A stretch of 64,000 bases of DNA, from the IMG/VR virus record IMGVR_UViG_3300023435_000009. The stretch is one strand, 5' to 3'. Shown in pieces: positions 20,701 through 29,227 of this stretch. A program made the translations under genes and the position numbers. The stretch is from a virus. Lineage: Duplodnaviria; Caudoviricetes. The notes under the pieces are model-generated. The model made no database searches, had not been told where the DNA came from, and saw only the letters and a list, made by a program, of their open reading frames with translations. The stretch's first letter is position 1. Each line of letters starts with the position of its first letter.

Positions 20701-23700
20701 TTCCGTCCCTTCCGGGATCGCCGGATGACCCTCCAGGAACAGTCCTTCGTGGACGTCATCGCTCCCGTACCGATTCCGGCGAACAGGTGCCTGTTCGGGG
20801 AGTACACCTACAACCTGACGAGTGTGGCGAAGGACGCTTTGCTGATCTGGACGGGGGCGGCTGGTTCCCAGGACAGCACGGGCAAAAAGATGGGTTTCCC
20901 CGTCCCTTACGAATTCATGCCCCGGTTCGGTCGGCAGGACATCCCTTACTACGTAGACCAGGCGAGTGGGACCGGCCCCTTCCTGAGCGGGATCAATCAC
21001 CTGTTTAAGGATGAGGCAGATACGACCAGCCCGGTATTCAACATCATCGGTGGGCACCCCACGGCTGCGAGTGTCCCGGCGGTCTACTCAATGTTCTTCG
21101 CCACGGGCAACATCCCGGACGGTGGCGGTGGCGTCCTCCCCTGGGAGTATGGGCGCAGCGGAACGATGCCTGCGTACATGCAGACGCTGCCCTTCATTTG
21201 GGCACGGCGGGCACCCGAGGACATCAACACGGTCAACCCCTTTGCTCAGGGCGTCGTGAACAAATTGGCTGCGGTCAACTCCTCGGATTTCGGTAAGGGT
21301 CTCAAGGGCATTCAGCTTCCGCCCTACTACGGGATTGCACGCCTTTACGGTGTGTACGATGTCAGGGACTTCGATGCGAAGGGTGGCCGGAGCTTCCAGG
21401 CCAACCGGATTGACCCTGAGACGGATCCGGTCCCGAACCTTCTCAGGCAGGATGCCACCCAGCAGACGCTGTTCATCCTCCAGGGTGGGGCTAAGGACTT
21501 TGGCGAGAGCGACGGAGACCATACTTACCTGATTCCCTTCAACGCCCTTGATATCACACGTGCTGTGGGTTACATCGACGGGGACGTGCCGGAGGACTAT
21601 CACTACGTTGTGGAATGCTCGACGTTTGGTTTCGCTCGGGGCTTCATCGACCAGAACAACCTGGTCACCGTGAGGAAGTTTGGTGGCACGGGCCTCGGCC
21701 TTGATGGTACTCCGGGCGGCAACGTAGACGGAGATGACCTGGAGATCCGGGGGGTCCACATGGTCCTCCCCTGCCCGGCTGCGTACCACGATCAGTTCTA
21801 CGCAGCGTACAACCGCACGGTCTACCAGGGCGACCCCTACATGAGCCGTGGTGGTGCGAAGACCGAGTCCGACTACGAGACTCGCTATGGACAGCTTTCG
21901 GTGGGCGCTCAGTATGCGATGCGGATGCCTATCGAGCAGTACGACGCCAATGGGGATTTCGTTCCTGAGATCCCGAATGCTCATGCGTTCGAGGTGCTGG
22001 CGTCCCTGGACTTCTACACGACGATGGGTACCGGCAAGATCGGTGGCCAACTCTATCCGGGCACACCCCTGGATGTGGGTTTCACCGAAGCCAACGCTAA
22101 GTCTGCTCATCGGTACATGGATGAGGTGGACGTTCCCTTCCGGGTTCTCCCCCGTGCCTTCACCGAGGGACAGAAGACCAATACGTCCAGGGCGTCCCTC
22201 GACTTGTACTTGCTCTACAATGCTGGACTGAACCCCACGGCAACGGACTATTTCACGCTTCGGATCGGACTCTTGGACGGCACAGCGGTGGACCTGTGGG
22301 CCGCTACCGACGCCAACGCCATCATCCTTCAGGCAGCCCCCTGGAATATCCCAGCCGAGGACATTTTCACAGTAAACGAGACCAGGACGATTCGAGAGGT
22401 CGGTACGGGGAGCCTTAGTTTCCCCAACCCCACGGAGATTGCACCGGGACAGGTCATCACGGACACTGTCACGGTGGCGGGTGCCTCCCTCATGGCAGAT
22501 TCTGTGCTCGTCAGCACGGACACGTCACCTCTGGTGAAGGTCCGGGGTTGGGTGTCGGCAGCGGACACAGTGACCCTCCAGTACTTCAATATCTGGACAC
22601 CGGCTGCCTTCCTTTCTGATCCGGGGGGGGATCCCTCGGTTGCTGATGTTGCTGGGGTGACGCTTCCCGTTGTAGGAGCAGGAGCGATGCTTCCCGTTGT
22701 CGCCCTCACGGCACTCCCAGGGGCAGCCCCGACGCAGAAACTGGTGGTGCATTACAGCACCGTTGCCGCTGAGACTGGTCTTCTGTTTACCGCAGAGGTG
22801 ACAGCACCGGGCACAGTTCAGGTGTTCGTACACAACCCCACGGTTGGTCCCCTCGGTGGTGGTGCCCCCGTGACACTGCGCTTCGGCATGCTCGACCCCA
22901 TGGACCTGACCCTCTACACCTATGACATGGGTGGGGAGACGACCTTCGTGCGGGTCTTGAAGACGGACATCACGGGGGGGCTGGCTGAAAGGACTGTCGT
23001 GTCGTTGGCTGATAGGATCAATGGACACTCCAAGCTGAAGCAGACGATCTCGGCTACGCCGCAGGAGCAGATGTCCTTTGGGGGCAACAAGGTCCGCATC
23101 GAAGCGATTCCCACGGGGAAGGCCGGGCGAGGTGTCACCGTTGCGATGCGTGGTGTGGGAGCCGTCAACCCGCAGTCGATTGCTCGGATGGAGATCCCCC
23201 ACGACAACACGGTTGTCCGAGTCCAGGGCCAGTCAATGTCCCCGCTGTTGGGTGGGGACAACCTTCCGATGAATGCGGGGGACGGGACGAGCCAGATCAA
23301 CATCACAGGAATGACGGAGAGGCTCCCGATGGGTGCCCTCCTCCAGGATAGCGACTTCCTGTGTGAGAACCCCTTGAACGATACCGCTTCTGCGGTCAAG
23401 ACCAGTCCGACTGGTCCGAGGCCCATCCAGACGGTGATGCCCTTGACTTCCGAGGGCGGCGAGTACACTCGCTTCTTTGGTGAGCCTGGGGAACTCCTGG
23501 CCCTGGCTGACGGGTCCATTTCGGTGACGAGTTTCGGTGCCTGGCGTCAGACCAGCGAAGGTGGTGGTGGACCCACGGGTTCCCGCCGGTTCCGTTTGTA
23601 TCGGGGTGGTGGATCAGCCTTCACCCTCAGCGGGGACTACCCTGGCGCTCCCATTGACTGGGTGTCCGACACCTTCCCCAGTGCTTTTGAGCCTGTCCTC

Positions 23701-24021
23701 AAGGGCGGGATCCTGGGGTGCCGTGCAATGCTCGTGCGGAACTACCGTGAGGACGTGACTCCCTCGGGCAGCACCTACAAGGTGACGGACGGGGACGAGA
23801 TCCAGATGGTGGTGATCACCAACGGCATCCTGGGTGATGGTCAGTCACGGACTGAGGGTGTCAACCTGGGTGGGAGCATCTCACCTTCGGGCTATGGTGA
23901 GGGCTGGGCAGCAGCCGACCGCTTCCGTATCGACGGGAAGCCTATGTTCAAGGGTTACAGCAGAGCCGTTCCGAATCCTGCTGACGTTGAGCTTGTAGTG
24001 TACCCTGACGAGCAGAGGTAA
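17707..24021 (+). CDS. Giant virion structural protein (baseplate/tail), paralog of 1507-5121
   Basis: About 2104 aa from ATG 17707 (MANKDYGSGVSR) with a GGAGG RBS. Shares several motifs with the 1507 protein. Confidence 0.65.
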   Translation: MANKDYGSGVSRTLDAYRRQFRHVVWQKGRPPLDSELSLQDDISSEMSKELVSTMLPSGFFMDPTRTVQDYQTDPLWANQIKLGNPRVPFGSGEAAEQDPVLWANVNGWVIPVCGSTTVEGDLANIIKLYPPPESDTRIDFIFLEAWATRVDANPSTVNKPSASTIWKFGNTKYGGTNLADDLEDPTIGYETTARVQIQYRLRVHGQGTGLGASVALDVYPEGLDDPNVLGQGTAALPVGGDNFVNMREALGDPSLWRAGSGDPNNSLGTIDGYTYAVPVCAIFRRCSNVYMAVNTAGNPNHNGAFNRTPSSKFLPDPLLGARVLLQATLTNDLSPTDALDPAGADAMVNVTNLNGCGLEDTHHVLTSVFLVLENEIVGISALDLVAGTITIPAGGRGRYGTAAVGHAAATEVGFFNTRPDGLYSDQVAAQDIMDMRHAVNPNDWDFGRLLEHNVAALLKGDLHATWKHAAAGNTQGPETHEITYLYGDGSIAVPNHTEAADGPDGIRTIWSDAATIQPDVTVLLNNEAIQDGGNVGLTNANTFTSGAGFAWDVGAGFYPSGFMNVFGQPATDVFCNGTTLLLFTGGLAGSGGARATFRDGDTRAVRAVTPKEYWKSGYPIVDPANGNQHPVTLRFLEERANEQPPTALSSDARKARHVGPFSPYRETNFEKPFIVLGGMLRPEMRITAVATADMTTVGTVSTIDVGIDFDALGDYYSLDAAGNIANDPTAVSSPLLRGKRTLYGMLTADGTDYSGYSSEVYVVIYGDNASNQNNGCWKVIGAGTVPYTASTPSAATEIRVVSVCAEFTAFDSATGNTVTVEFRSQETNADDVSSYNTKVADMAIVLTDIGGLTEHPWKREYLGHGYNYDISMPFVAARAAVESQLLISMALLYHPGRGGMVRIPDELVRFSMKGGTTDTNGAYLRQSPASLDTTFSAVGTPTDETNWQPSHVQLWNRLPGLGWNAPLAPNYGGEVIGYTEQDRENELFFDRGSKTVLFRPFRDRRMTLQEQSFVDVIAPVPIPANRCLFGEYTYNLTSVAKDALLIWTGAAGSQDSTGKKMGFPVPYEFMPRFGRQDIPYYVDQASGTGPFLSGINHLFKDEADTTSPVFNIIGGHPTAASVPAVYSMFFATGNIPDGGGGVLPWEYGRSGTMPAYMQTLPFIWARRAPEDINTVNPFAQGVVNKLAAVNSSDFGKGLKGIQLPPYYGIARLYGVYDVRDFDAKGGRSFQANRIDPETDPVPNLLRQDATQQTLFILQGGAKDFGESDGDHTYLIPFNALDITRAVGYIDGDVPEDYHYVVECSTFGFARGFIDQNNLVTVRKFGGTGLGLDGTPGGNVDGDDLEIRGVHMVLPCPAAYHDQFYAAYNRTVYQGDPYMSRGGAKTESDYETRYGQLSVGAQYAMRMPIEQYDANGDFVPEIPNAHAFEVLASLDFYTTMGTGKIGGQLYPGTPLDVGFTEANAKSAHRYMDEVDVPFRVLPRAFTEGQKTNTSRASLDLYLLYNAGLNPTATDYFTLRIGLLDGTAVDLWAATDANAIILQAAPWNIPAEDIFTVNETRTIREVGTGSLSFPNPTEIAPGQVITDTVTVAGASLMADSVLVSTDTSPLVKVRGWVSAADTVTLQYFNIWTPAAFLSDPGGDPSVADVAGVTLPVVGAGAMLPVVALTALPGAAPTQKLVVHYSTVAAETGLLFTAEVTAPGTVQVFVHNPTVGPLGGGAPVTLRFGMLDPMDLTLYTYDMGGETTFVRVLKTDITGGLAERTVVSLADRINGHSKLKQTISATPQEQMSFGGNKVRIEAIPTGKAGRGVTVAMRGVGAVNPQSIARMEIPHDNTVVRVQGQSMSPLLGGDNLPMNAGDGTSQINITGMTERLPMGALLQDSDFLCENPLNDTASAVKTSPTGPRPIQTVMPLTSEGGEYTRFFGEPGELLALADGSISVTSFGAWRQTSEGGGGPTGSRRFRLYRGGGSAFTLSGDYPGAPIDWVSDTFPSAFEPVLKGGILGCRAMLVRNYREDVTPSGSTYKVTDGDEIQMVVITNGILGDGQSRTEGVNLGGSISPSGYGEGWAAADRFRIDGKPMFKGYSRAVPNPADVELVVYPDEQR

Positions 24022-24023
24022 CA

Positions 24024-24440
24024 ATGAGCAATCGAGCACAAGCCTTGGCGAAGAAATACCTAACCGCTGAGACCACACGGCAGGCGGGTTACGGTGTGGC
24101 CCCCAAGGTCTACGCCATGGTCGACGCCCACACCCTGGTTCTGTGGACGAGTTTCGCCAGTTTCGGGCGAGCACACCACCTCATTTCGCAGCTTAATTGG
24201 TGGGACAGTGCGTTGTACAAGGTGGGGCGTGCAGCACGGCTCATCTTGGAGGACAACAGCATACCCAGCAAGTTCGGTCGCGAAGTGTTTTTCGAGCCGG
24301 ACAAGCACCAGCCCCGAGAGATGCAGGCGTACGTCAGGCTGCGCCCCCAGACGGGAAGCTGGGATAGGGATCAGATTGACTTGATCAAGTCCGTTGTCCA
24401 TCACCCTTCGGTAGCAGATGGCCTGAGGGATATGTTCTGA
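24024..24440 (+). CDS. Hypothetical protein (138 aa)
   Basis: GAGG RBS. Stop overlaps the next start (TGATG). Confidence 0.6.
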   Translation: MSNRAQALAKKYLTAETTRQAGYGVAPKVYAMVDAHTLVLWTSFASFGRAHHLISQLNWWDSALYKVGRAARLILEDNSIPSKFGREVFFEPDKHQPREMQAYVRLRPQTGSWDRDQIDLIKSVVHHPSVADGLRDMF

Positions 24441-24793
24441 TGCCCTTCATCTGCAGAGACAAGATCAACCCCGCTGTGCGTAAACCCTATGAGGGAGCGT
24501 ACAAGGGACAGCTTCGGCAGGCTCTGACCAATCCCGGTCTCACTGCCGAACAACGAGAACGCATCAAGGATCAACTGGCCGAGGTGGGACAACCGAAGGT
24601 TTACCGGGTGGACACGCCTCCAAAGCCCGGTGCCATCTCATTCGAAGAACCCCTCCCTCCCAGGAAAATCCTTGAGACGTTGAAGAGGGTCGATTTGCTG
24701 GTCATCGCTCGTAAGCTGCAGATCCCGACGAACGGGACGAAGGCTGCGATCATTGAACGGTTGATATTGGCCACACACAATGGAGCTTCATGA
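24440..24793 (+). CDS. Hypothetical protein with C-terminal SAP/HeH-like helix-extension-helix motif
   Basis: LETLKRVDLLVIARKLQIPTNGTKAAIIERLI resembles SAP/Rho-N motifs. Confidence 0.5.
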   Translation: MPFICRDKINPAVRKPYEGAYKGQLRQALTNPGLTAEQRERIKDQLAEVGQPKVYRVDTPPKPGAISFEEPLPPRKILETLKRVDLLVIARKLQIPTNGTKAAIIERLILATHNGAS

Positions 24794-24844
24794 AAGGCGA
24801 ACAAAACCGAACATGCGGCTTCGAGGCTAAGGAGGAGTGTTAAG

Positions 24845-25057
24845 GTGAACCACCAGAATAAAAATGGTGGAACTGAAGGTGAGACTCCTATGTTCTCCGG
24901 GTTGTCTTTAAGGACAGCTACCCTGAGATTGGTCCAGTCTCAGGCTCTAGCAGTATCGAAGGACGAAACAAGACCTGAAATGGTTGGTAACATCTTCGAT
25001 ACAACCAGAGGCCCGGAAACTTTGCCGAGGACAACAATTTCCCTTCGGGAGGTGTCT
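24845..25057 (+). ncRNA. IscB omegaRNA scaffold, copy 1 (guide position 24823-24844)
   Basis: Immediately 5' of iscB and starts GTGAACCACC like known omegaRNAs. Stems CCACCA/TGGTGG, GGTGAAC/GTTCTCC, CCTGAGA/TCTCAGG and GTATCGAAG/CTTCGATAC. Repeated at 31341 and 63868. Confidence 0.8.
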
Positions 25058-25060
25058 TAA

Positions 25061-26251
25061 ATGACACAGAAAATCTTTGTGATTGACGCTGACGGGAAGC
25101 AGCTACTTCCCACTCACCCAGCACGCTCTAGAAAATTGTTGCGAGCTGGTCGTGCCCAGGTACACCAAGTGGTGCCGTTTACGATTCAATTGAGCCGTGT
25201 TGTTGAGAATCCTGTTGGAGCCTTCACTGTTGGTATCGATGATGGAGCGAAACACGTTGGTATTGCAGTTGTAAACAGGCATCAGAAAGAAGTTGTTTTC
25301 CGAGGCACAATTCGTTTGAGACAAGACGTTTCGAGGAAAATGACACAACGGGCAGCGTATCGACGAACGAGGAGAAGTCGGTTACGCTTTCGGGCACCGA
25401 GATTCAGGAACAGGGGTAGAAGGGGCTTTCTGCCCCCAACGATCCGACAGAAGAAAGAATCCATTTTGAGAGTGCTTGTCGATCTCAAAAAGAGGTTGAA
25501 CATCATCGAGGCTACGATTGAAGAAGGTCAGTTTGACACAAGTAGTTTGGTTGCAGGACGAAAATTGACAGGGGCAGAATTTCAGAAATCTGAATACAGT
25601 AAGGGGGGTTTTCGAGCTAAGGTGCTGTGGCGAGACAAATACAAGTGTCAACATTGTGGTACCTCTGATCGCCTTCAAGCCCACCACATTCAGTTTAAGA
25701 GTCGAGGTGGTGGGGATTCCCCTCAAAATGGGCTTACTCTTTGTGGGACATGTCATGCGGATCTTCATGAAGGATTGTGGGTGCTGACAAAGAAGCCTCG
25801 TCCTTTTAGGTATCCTGCTCATCTACAAGCAGGTAAGAATTACCTGAGGGAGCTTCTTCATGGGATTGGCTTAAGAATCGAGGTTTGTTTCGGGTGGATG
25901 ACTGCCAAGTGGCGGAAATGTCTTGAGTTGGAGAAAGCACATGACTTAGATGCCGTTGCTATGGTTTGTCGGGGCTGCAAGCCCTACTTGTGTCTAAGGT
26001 CTTTTTTGGTTATCCCGAAGAGAACGAAGGTATGGGAAAACAATCCCACGAAAAAGCGTTTTGAGTTTCGGGGTTTTAGACATTGGGATTTGGTGAAGGC
26101 TCGTCATCGTACTCGTGGTGTAGTTGTTGGGTCCATAAGGAGTCTAAAGAAGACTACCCTTACTTTACGAACGAATTGGGACAGTAACTTTCCTGTTTCG
26201 TATAACAAATCCCAAGTTTTGTGGCGCTTTGGGGGTCTTGTTTATGTCTGA
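25061..26251 (+). CDS. iscB: IscB OMEGA nuclease, copy 1
   Basis: N-terminal PLMP-like (KQLLPTHPARSRKLL), RuvC-I VGIDDGAKHVG, Arg-rich bridge helix RAAYRRTRRSR, RuvC-II IEEGQFD, HNH (RDKYKCQHCG..QAHHI..N..TLC..CH), RuvC-III AHDLDA. Confidence 0.92.
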   Translation: MTQKIFVIDADGKQLLPTHPARSRKLLRAGRAQVHQVVPFTIQLSRVVENPVGAFTVGIDDGAKHVGIAVVNRHQKEVVFRGTIRLRQDVSRKMTQRAAYRRTRRSRLRFRAPRFRNRGRRGFLPPTIRQKKESILRVLVDLKKRLNIIEATIEEGQFDTSSLVAGRKLTGAEFQKSEYSKGGFRAKVLWRDKYKCQHCGTSDRLQAHHIQFKSRGGGDSPQNGLTLCGTCHADLHEGLWVLTKKPRPFRYPAHLQAGKNYLRELLHGIGLRIEVCFGWMTAKWRKCLELEKAHDLDAVAMVCRGCKPYLCLRSFLVIPKRTKVWENNPTKKRFEFRGFRHWDLVKARHRTRGVVVGSIRSLKKTTLTLRTNWDSNFPVSYNKSQVLWRFGGLVYV

Positions 26252-26271
26252 CAGTGTTGAGCACTGTCTTT
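26250..26271 (+). terminator. Hairpin at the iscB1 3' end (terminator or element-end hairpin)
   Basis: gacagtg-ttgag-cactgtc followed by ttt. Confidence 0.45.
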
Positions 26272-26286
26272 GAAGGAGGATAGAAA

Positions 26287-27012
26287 ATGAGCAACGTTCG
26301 GAAACTGGCGCTTTTTGCTCTCATCTGTTTTGGCTCCATGGTACTCATGGGTCAGGCACCTTCCGTTGAGGAACTTCCGGTTCCGGCGGCGGAGATTGCA
26401 GAGAATGCGCCCGCAACTCCGGCGGAAGCTGCCCATGAGGTTGCTCCTGTCGATGTCCCCGTGATTGAGGAGGCTCCTATTGCAGAGGAGGCTCCGGTTT
26501 TGGTGGTGGTCGAGGAAACCCCTGAGGCTGCTCAGGTAGCCGAGGAGGAAGCATCCGCAGAGGAGACCCCGGAGGAAGCCCCCGTAATGGCGGAGGAAAC
26601 CTCTGAGATCGTCCTTGTGGCTGAAGAGGAAGCACCCGCAGCAGAAGAGAAGGAAGCATCGGCGGAGATCGTCGTACCTCCCGAGACCGATGCGGAAGCG
26701 GGGGAAGCTATCGGGACGGCAATTGATTTGGCAGCGCACGGTGCTTGGACGGCATTTATCGGCTTCATCCTGATGCTGGTCGTCTGGTTTCTGCGGCGGA
26801 TCAAGATTCTGGCGAAGATCCCGAAGAAGGCTGTCCCGTGGGTGACTGTTATATTGGGGTGCCTGACAGCGGTCGGACTGGTATTGGCTGGTGGCCAGTC
26901 CTGGGTCGTGGCTCTCACGCAGGGTATTGGAGGCGGCTTGGCTGCTCCGGCAATGTGGGAGTTGGGTTTCAAACACTTGTCTGCGGGGGCCTCTAAGGTC
27001 GAGTCGGCCTGA
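26287..27012 (+). CDS. Membrane protein: signal peptide, long Glu/Ala/Pro-rich linker, ~3 C-terminal TM helices (holin-like C-terminus)
   Basis: GGAGGA RBS. Hydrophobic N-terminus, EEAP repeats, and TM segments WTAFIGFILMLVVWFL, VPWVTVILGCLTAVGLVLA and GIGGGLAAPAMWELG. Confidence 0.6.
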   Translation: MSNVRKLALFALICFGSMVLMGQAPSVEELPVPAAEIAENAPATPAEAAHEVAPVDVPVIEEAPIAEEAPVLVVVEETPEAAQVAEEEASAEETPEEAPVMAEETSEIVLVAEEEAPAAEEKEASAEIVVPPETDAEAGEAIGTAIDLAAHGAWTAFIGFILMLVVWFLRRIKILAKIPKKAVPWVTVILGCLTAVGLVLAGGQSWVVALTQGIGGGLAAPAMWELGFKHLSAGASKVESA

Positions 27013-27063
27013 CGGAACTACAGGGACGAACCTGGAGGCGGGTAAGTCCTTTTCCTTGATATG

Positions 27064-28071
27064 CTACGGGGTGGTCGCGCTCGATACGGGAGTGGCCACC
27101 CCGTAGCTCTCTTTAATTATCTTTAGCACAATGTCTTTGTAGATGGCAGACACCTCCCAGTACCGCTGTGTTCGTTCCCAAGCCCGATGGCGATAGGGAA
27201 CCTGGAGTTTGAGCTGGGCAATGAAGGAGTCGTTGTAAGGTGTCACTATTCGCAATTTCCCATCCGTTCCCTCGGTTACGAAGACCGGATCCCATGCCAG
27301 GATGACCTTGAGCAGATTCATTTCCAACTGAACGGGTAGGCGGGGTTTCGGGTCAGCGGGTTTGGTTTTGTGCCGGAACTTCATGAGGTCGGACCAGCGG
27401 CGGTAGGGGACTTCGTAGAGGCCCTTCGTTCCGCACACCAGGGACCGGGGCATATTGACACCCAGGACACACAGGAAGTGCTCCTCCTCGGATTTGGGTA
27501 CCCACCAGCCGACTTTGTGGCCCCGCTTGATCCGGGTCTTGGTGACGTTCCCGATCAGACCGATTTCCTCATCGATCAGGTGTTTGGCTCCCTCGATGAA
27601 ACTCATATCCCTGCGGATTTTGCCCTTGTCCGAGATGAACGCTTCGAGATGGTCCCCTTTGTCTAGGATCATCGCCTCGGTACGATCCACCTCCAGCTTG
27701 TCTGCCAGTTCCGTGTACCCGAGGGACCGGATCAGGGCGCAGCACTTGAAGACCTCGTCCCGGTCGGCGTAGTGGGCTGACGCCCAGTAGACCAGGAGGT
27801 TGCTGGCTTTGCGGGCGTTGGTGTGATCGTTGTTCACCAGGGTCAGGAAGGCATCGATGAGGTGGTCCGGCAGGTTGGACACGGCGAGCAGGCCGAGAGT
27901 GTCCATCACCTGTGCCTCGGTCGGAACGTGAACGGGGTCGTAGTATCTGCGACTACACACGGGTCCGATGCCCCGTTCTACCGATTCAGCGTCGGTCAGG
28001 TGGGCACGGCACACGCAGCAGTGTGAAGCCGTGACCTGTGCGAGAACGTGGTGGGAAAGGGTGGAGTCCAT
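27064..28071 (-). CDS. DUF6011-like Zn-finger protein with C-terminal HARP-like segment
   Basis: AGGAGG RBS before ATG 28071. CCVCRAHLTDAESVERGIGPVC matches the DUF6011 pattern. C-terminal TPYNDSFIAQLK...RAWERTQRYWEV. Confidence 0.65.
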   Translation of the reverse strand: MDSTLSHHVLAQVTASHCCVCRAHLTDAESVERGIGPVCSRRYYDPVHVPTEAQVMDTLGLLAVSNLPDHLIDAFLTLVNNDHTNARKASNLLVYWASAHYADRDEVFKCCALIRSLGYTELADKLEVDRTEAMILDKGDHLEAFISDKGKIRRDMSFIEGAKHLIDEEIGLIGNVTKTRIKRGHKVGWWVPKSEEEHFLCVLGVNMPRSLVCGTKGLYEVPYRRWSDLMKFRHKTKPADPKPRLPVQLEMNLLKVILAWDPVFVTEGTDGKLRIVTPYNDSFIAQLKLQVPYRHRAWERTQRYWEVSAIYKDIVLKIIKESYGVATPVSSATTP

Positions 28072-28081
28072 CTCAGACCTC

Positions 28082-28420
28082 CTAAAAGCTGTAGTCGAAG
28101 AACCGGCTCCGGTACCCAATGTAGAAGAGCTGGGTGCCGCCGACCTGTCGCCAGTCGCCGTTCTTGCGGCGACTCAGAGTGACCTTGCGGCCCTCATGAT
28201 TCGGCTCGTAGTCGTAGTCCTGGCAGTCGGACATCCCGTTGTCGTCAGTGCGGATGGATCGGTCGGCCTGCACCACGCAGCGCCTGCCATTCGGACTGAC
28301 CTCGACCACTGTGTAGGGCTCACGGTCGGACCCTATGATCATGGTGGCCCCCATTCCGATCTTGGGGTTTGGGTTGTTTCCCCGGTACATACTGTGGACG
28401 TTGGCGGTGTCGATGCTCAT
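28082..28420 (-). CDS. Conserved phage-type hypothetical protein (112 aa)
   Basis: AAGGAG RBS. PKIGMGAT..IGSDREPYTVVEV...Y.Y...G......R.NG.W pattern. Confidence 0.65.
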   Translation of the reverse strand: MSIDTANVHSMYRGNNPNPKIGMGATMIIGSDREPYTVVEVSPNGRRCVVQADRSIRTDDNGMSDCQDYDYEPNHEGRKVTLSRRKNGDWRQVGGTQLFYIGYRSRFFDYSF

Positions 28421-28446
28421 TGGGTGCTCCTTGATCAGGGTCCTTT

Positions 28447-28487
28447 CCCCTCACATTAGCTACTCTGAGGGTCGGTCAGATGATCCC
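28447..28487 (-). promoter_or_regulatory. Bipartite motif GGGATCATC-N12-AGAGTAG-N4-TGTGAGGGG (leftward)
   Basis: Exact inverted copy of the motif at 28526-28566. Lies about 40 bp upstream of the 28420 gene. Confidence 0.6.
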
Positions 28488-28525
28488 ACGCTGGCGCTCT
28501 CTTTTAAGGATGGTAGGATCATTGT

Positions 28526-28566
28526 GGGATCATCGTCGCCGGGACCAGAGTAGACAGTGTGAGGGG
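28526..28566 (+). promoter_or_regulatory. Bipartite motif GGGATCATC-N12-AGAGTAG-N4-TGTGAGGGG (rightward)
   Basis: Upstream of the WGR gene. The boxes are identical to the leftward copy while the spacers differ. Confidence 0.6.
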
Positions 28567-28588
28567 CAAATGACCCCGTAGGAGAAAC

Positions 28589-29218
28589 GTGATGGCCAAG
28601 TTGACGTTGCAGGAAGCGGAGCAGATCGCAGGGCGGGGACGCCCGTGGACAATCCGCCTGGAGTTTGTCGGGGCAAATCTGGCCAACGCCAGCGGCGTAT
28701 CCTCCAAGTACTGGTTCGCCACGGGGCGGGGCATCAACGAGGCGGTCGAGATCGGGTACGGGGCCATCGGCTCTTCCCCGCAGTACCGGCTCATCGACTG
28801 GGACAAGTTGCGGCAGCGGGTGGCGGACAAGACTTCCGAGGGGTACGTTTACGCCCATACCCCCTATGTACGGATGAGCGCAGTCAACTTCGCCAAGGTC
28901 ACGGGGAACCCGGTAGCAACGTTCCCGACCGCCAAGGCGGTGAGTTCGGCTCCGACCTCGGTACTCACCCAGCCCCCGGTGGCTCCCGCTCCGGTGACAC
29001 CACCGCCCGCCCCTGTGGTGGCTCCCAGGGTGTTCAGCACGGCACAGCAGGCCCTGGGTGCTCCATACAGCCTGATCGCAACAATGAAGATCCTGCGACA
29101 GGGTCTGACCATCACGGGATACTCGGCTCGGGATGCGAGTGATGACGAGCTGATGGTGCTCGACCCCACGGACGCCGTGGACTTCGCTCGGGACTATGAC
29201 ATCGACATCGTTTTCTAG
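28589..29218 (+). CDS. WGR-domain-like protein
   Basis: SSKYWFATG...VEIGYGAIGSSPQ...KTSEGY matches the WGR fold pattern (S.KFW...YGRIG..GQ...K..KGY). Pro/Ala linker follows. AGGAG RBS. Confidence 0.65.
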   Translation: MMAKLTLQEAEQIAGRGRPWTIRLEFVGANLANASGVSSKYWFATGRGINEAVEIGYGAIGSSPQYRLIDWDKLRQRVADKTSEGYVYAHTPYVRMSAVNFAKVTGNPVATFPTAKAVSSAPTSVLTQPPVAPAPVTPPPAPVVAPRVFSTAQQALGAPYSLIATMKILRQGLTITGYSARDASDDELMVLDPTDAVDFARDYDIDIVF

Positions 29219-29227
29219 GAGGGAGCA

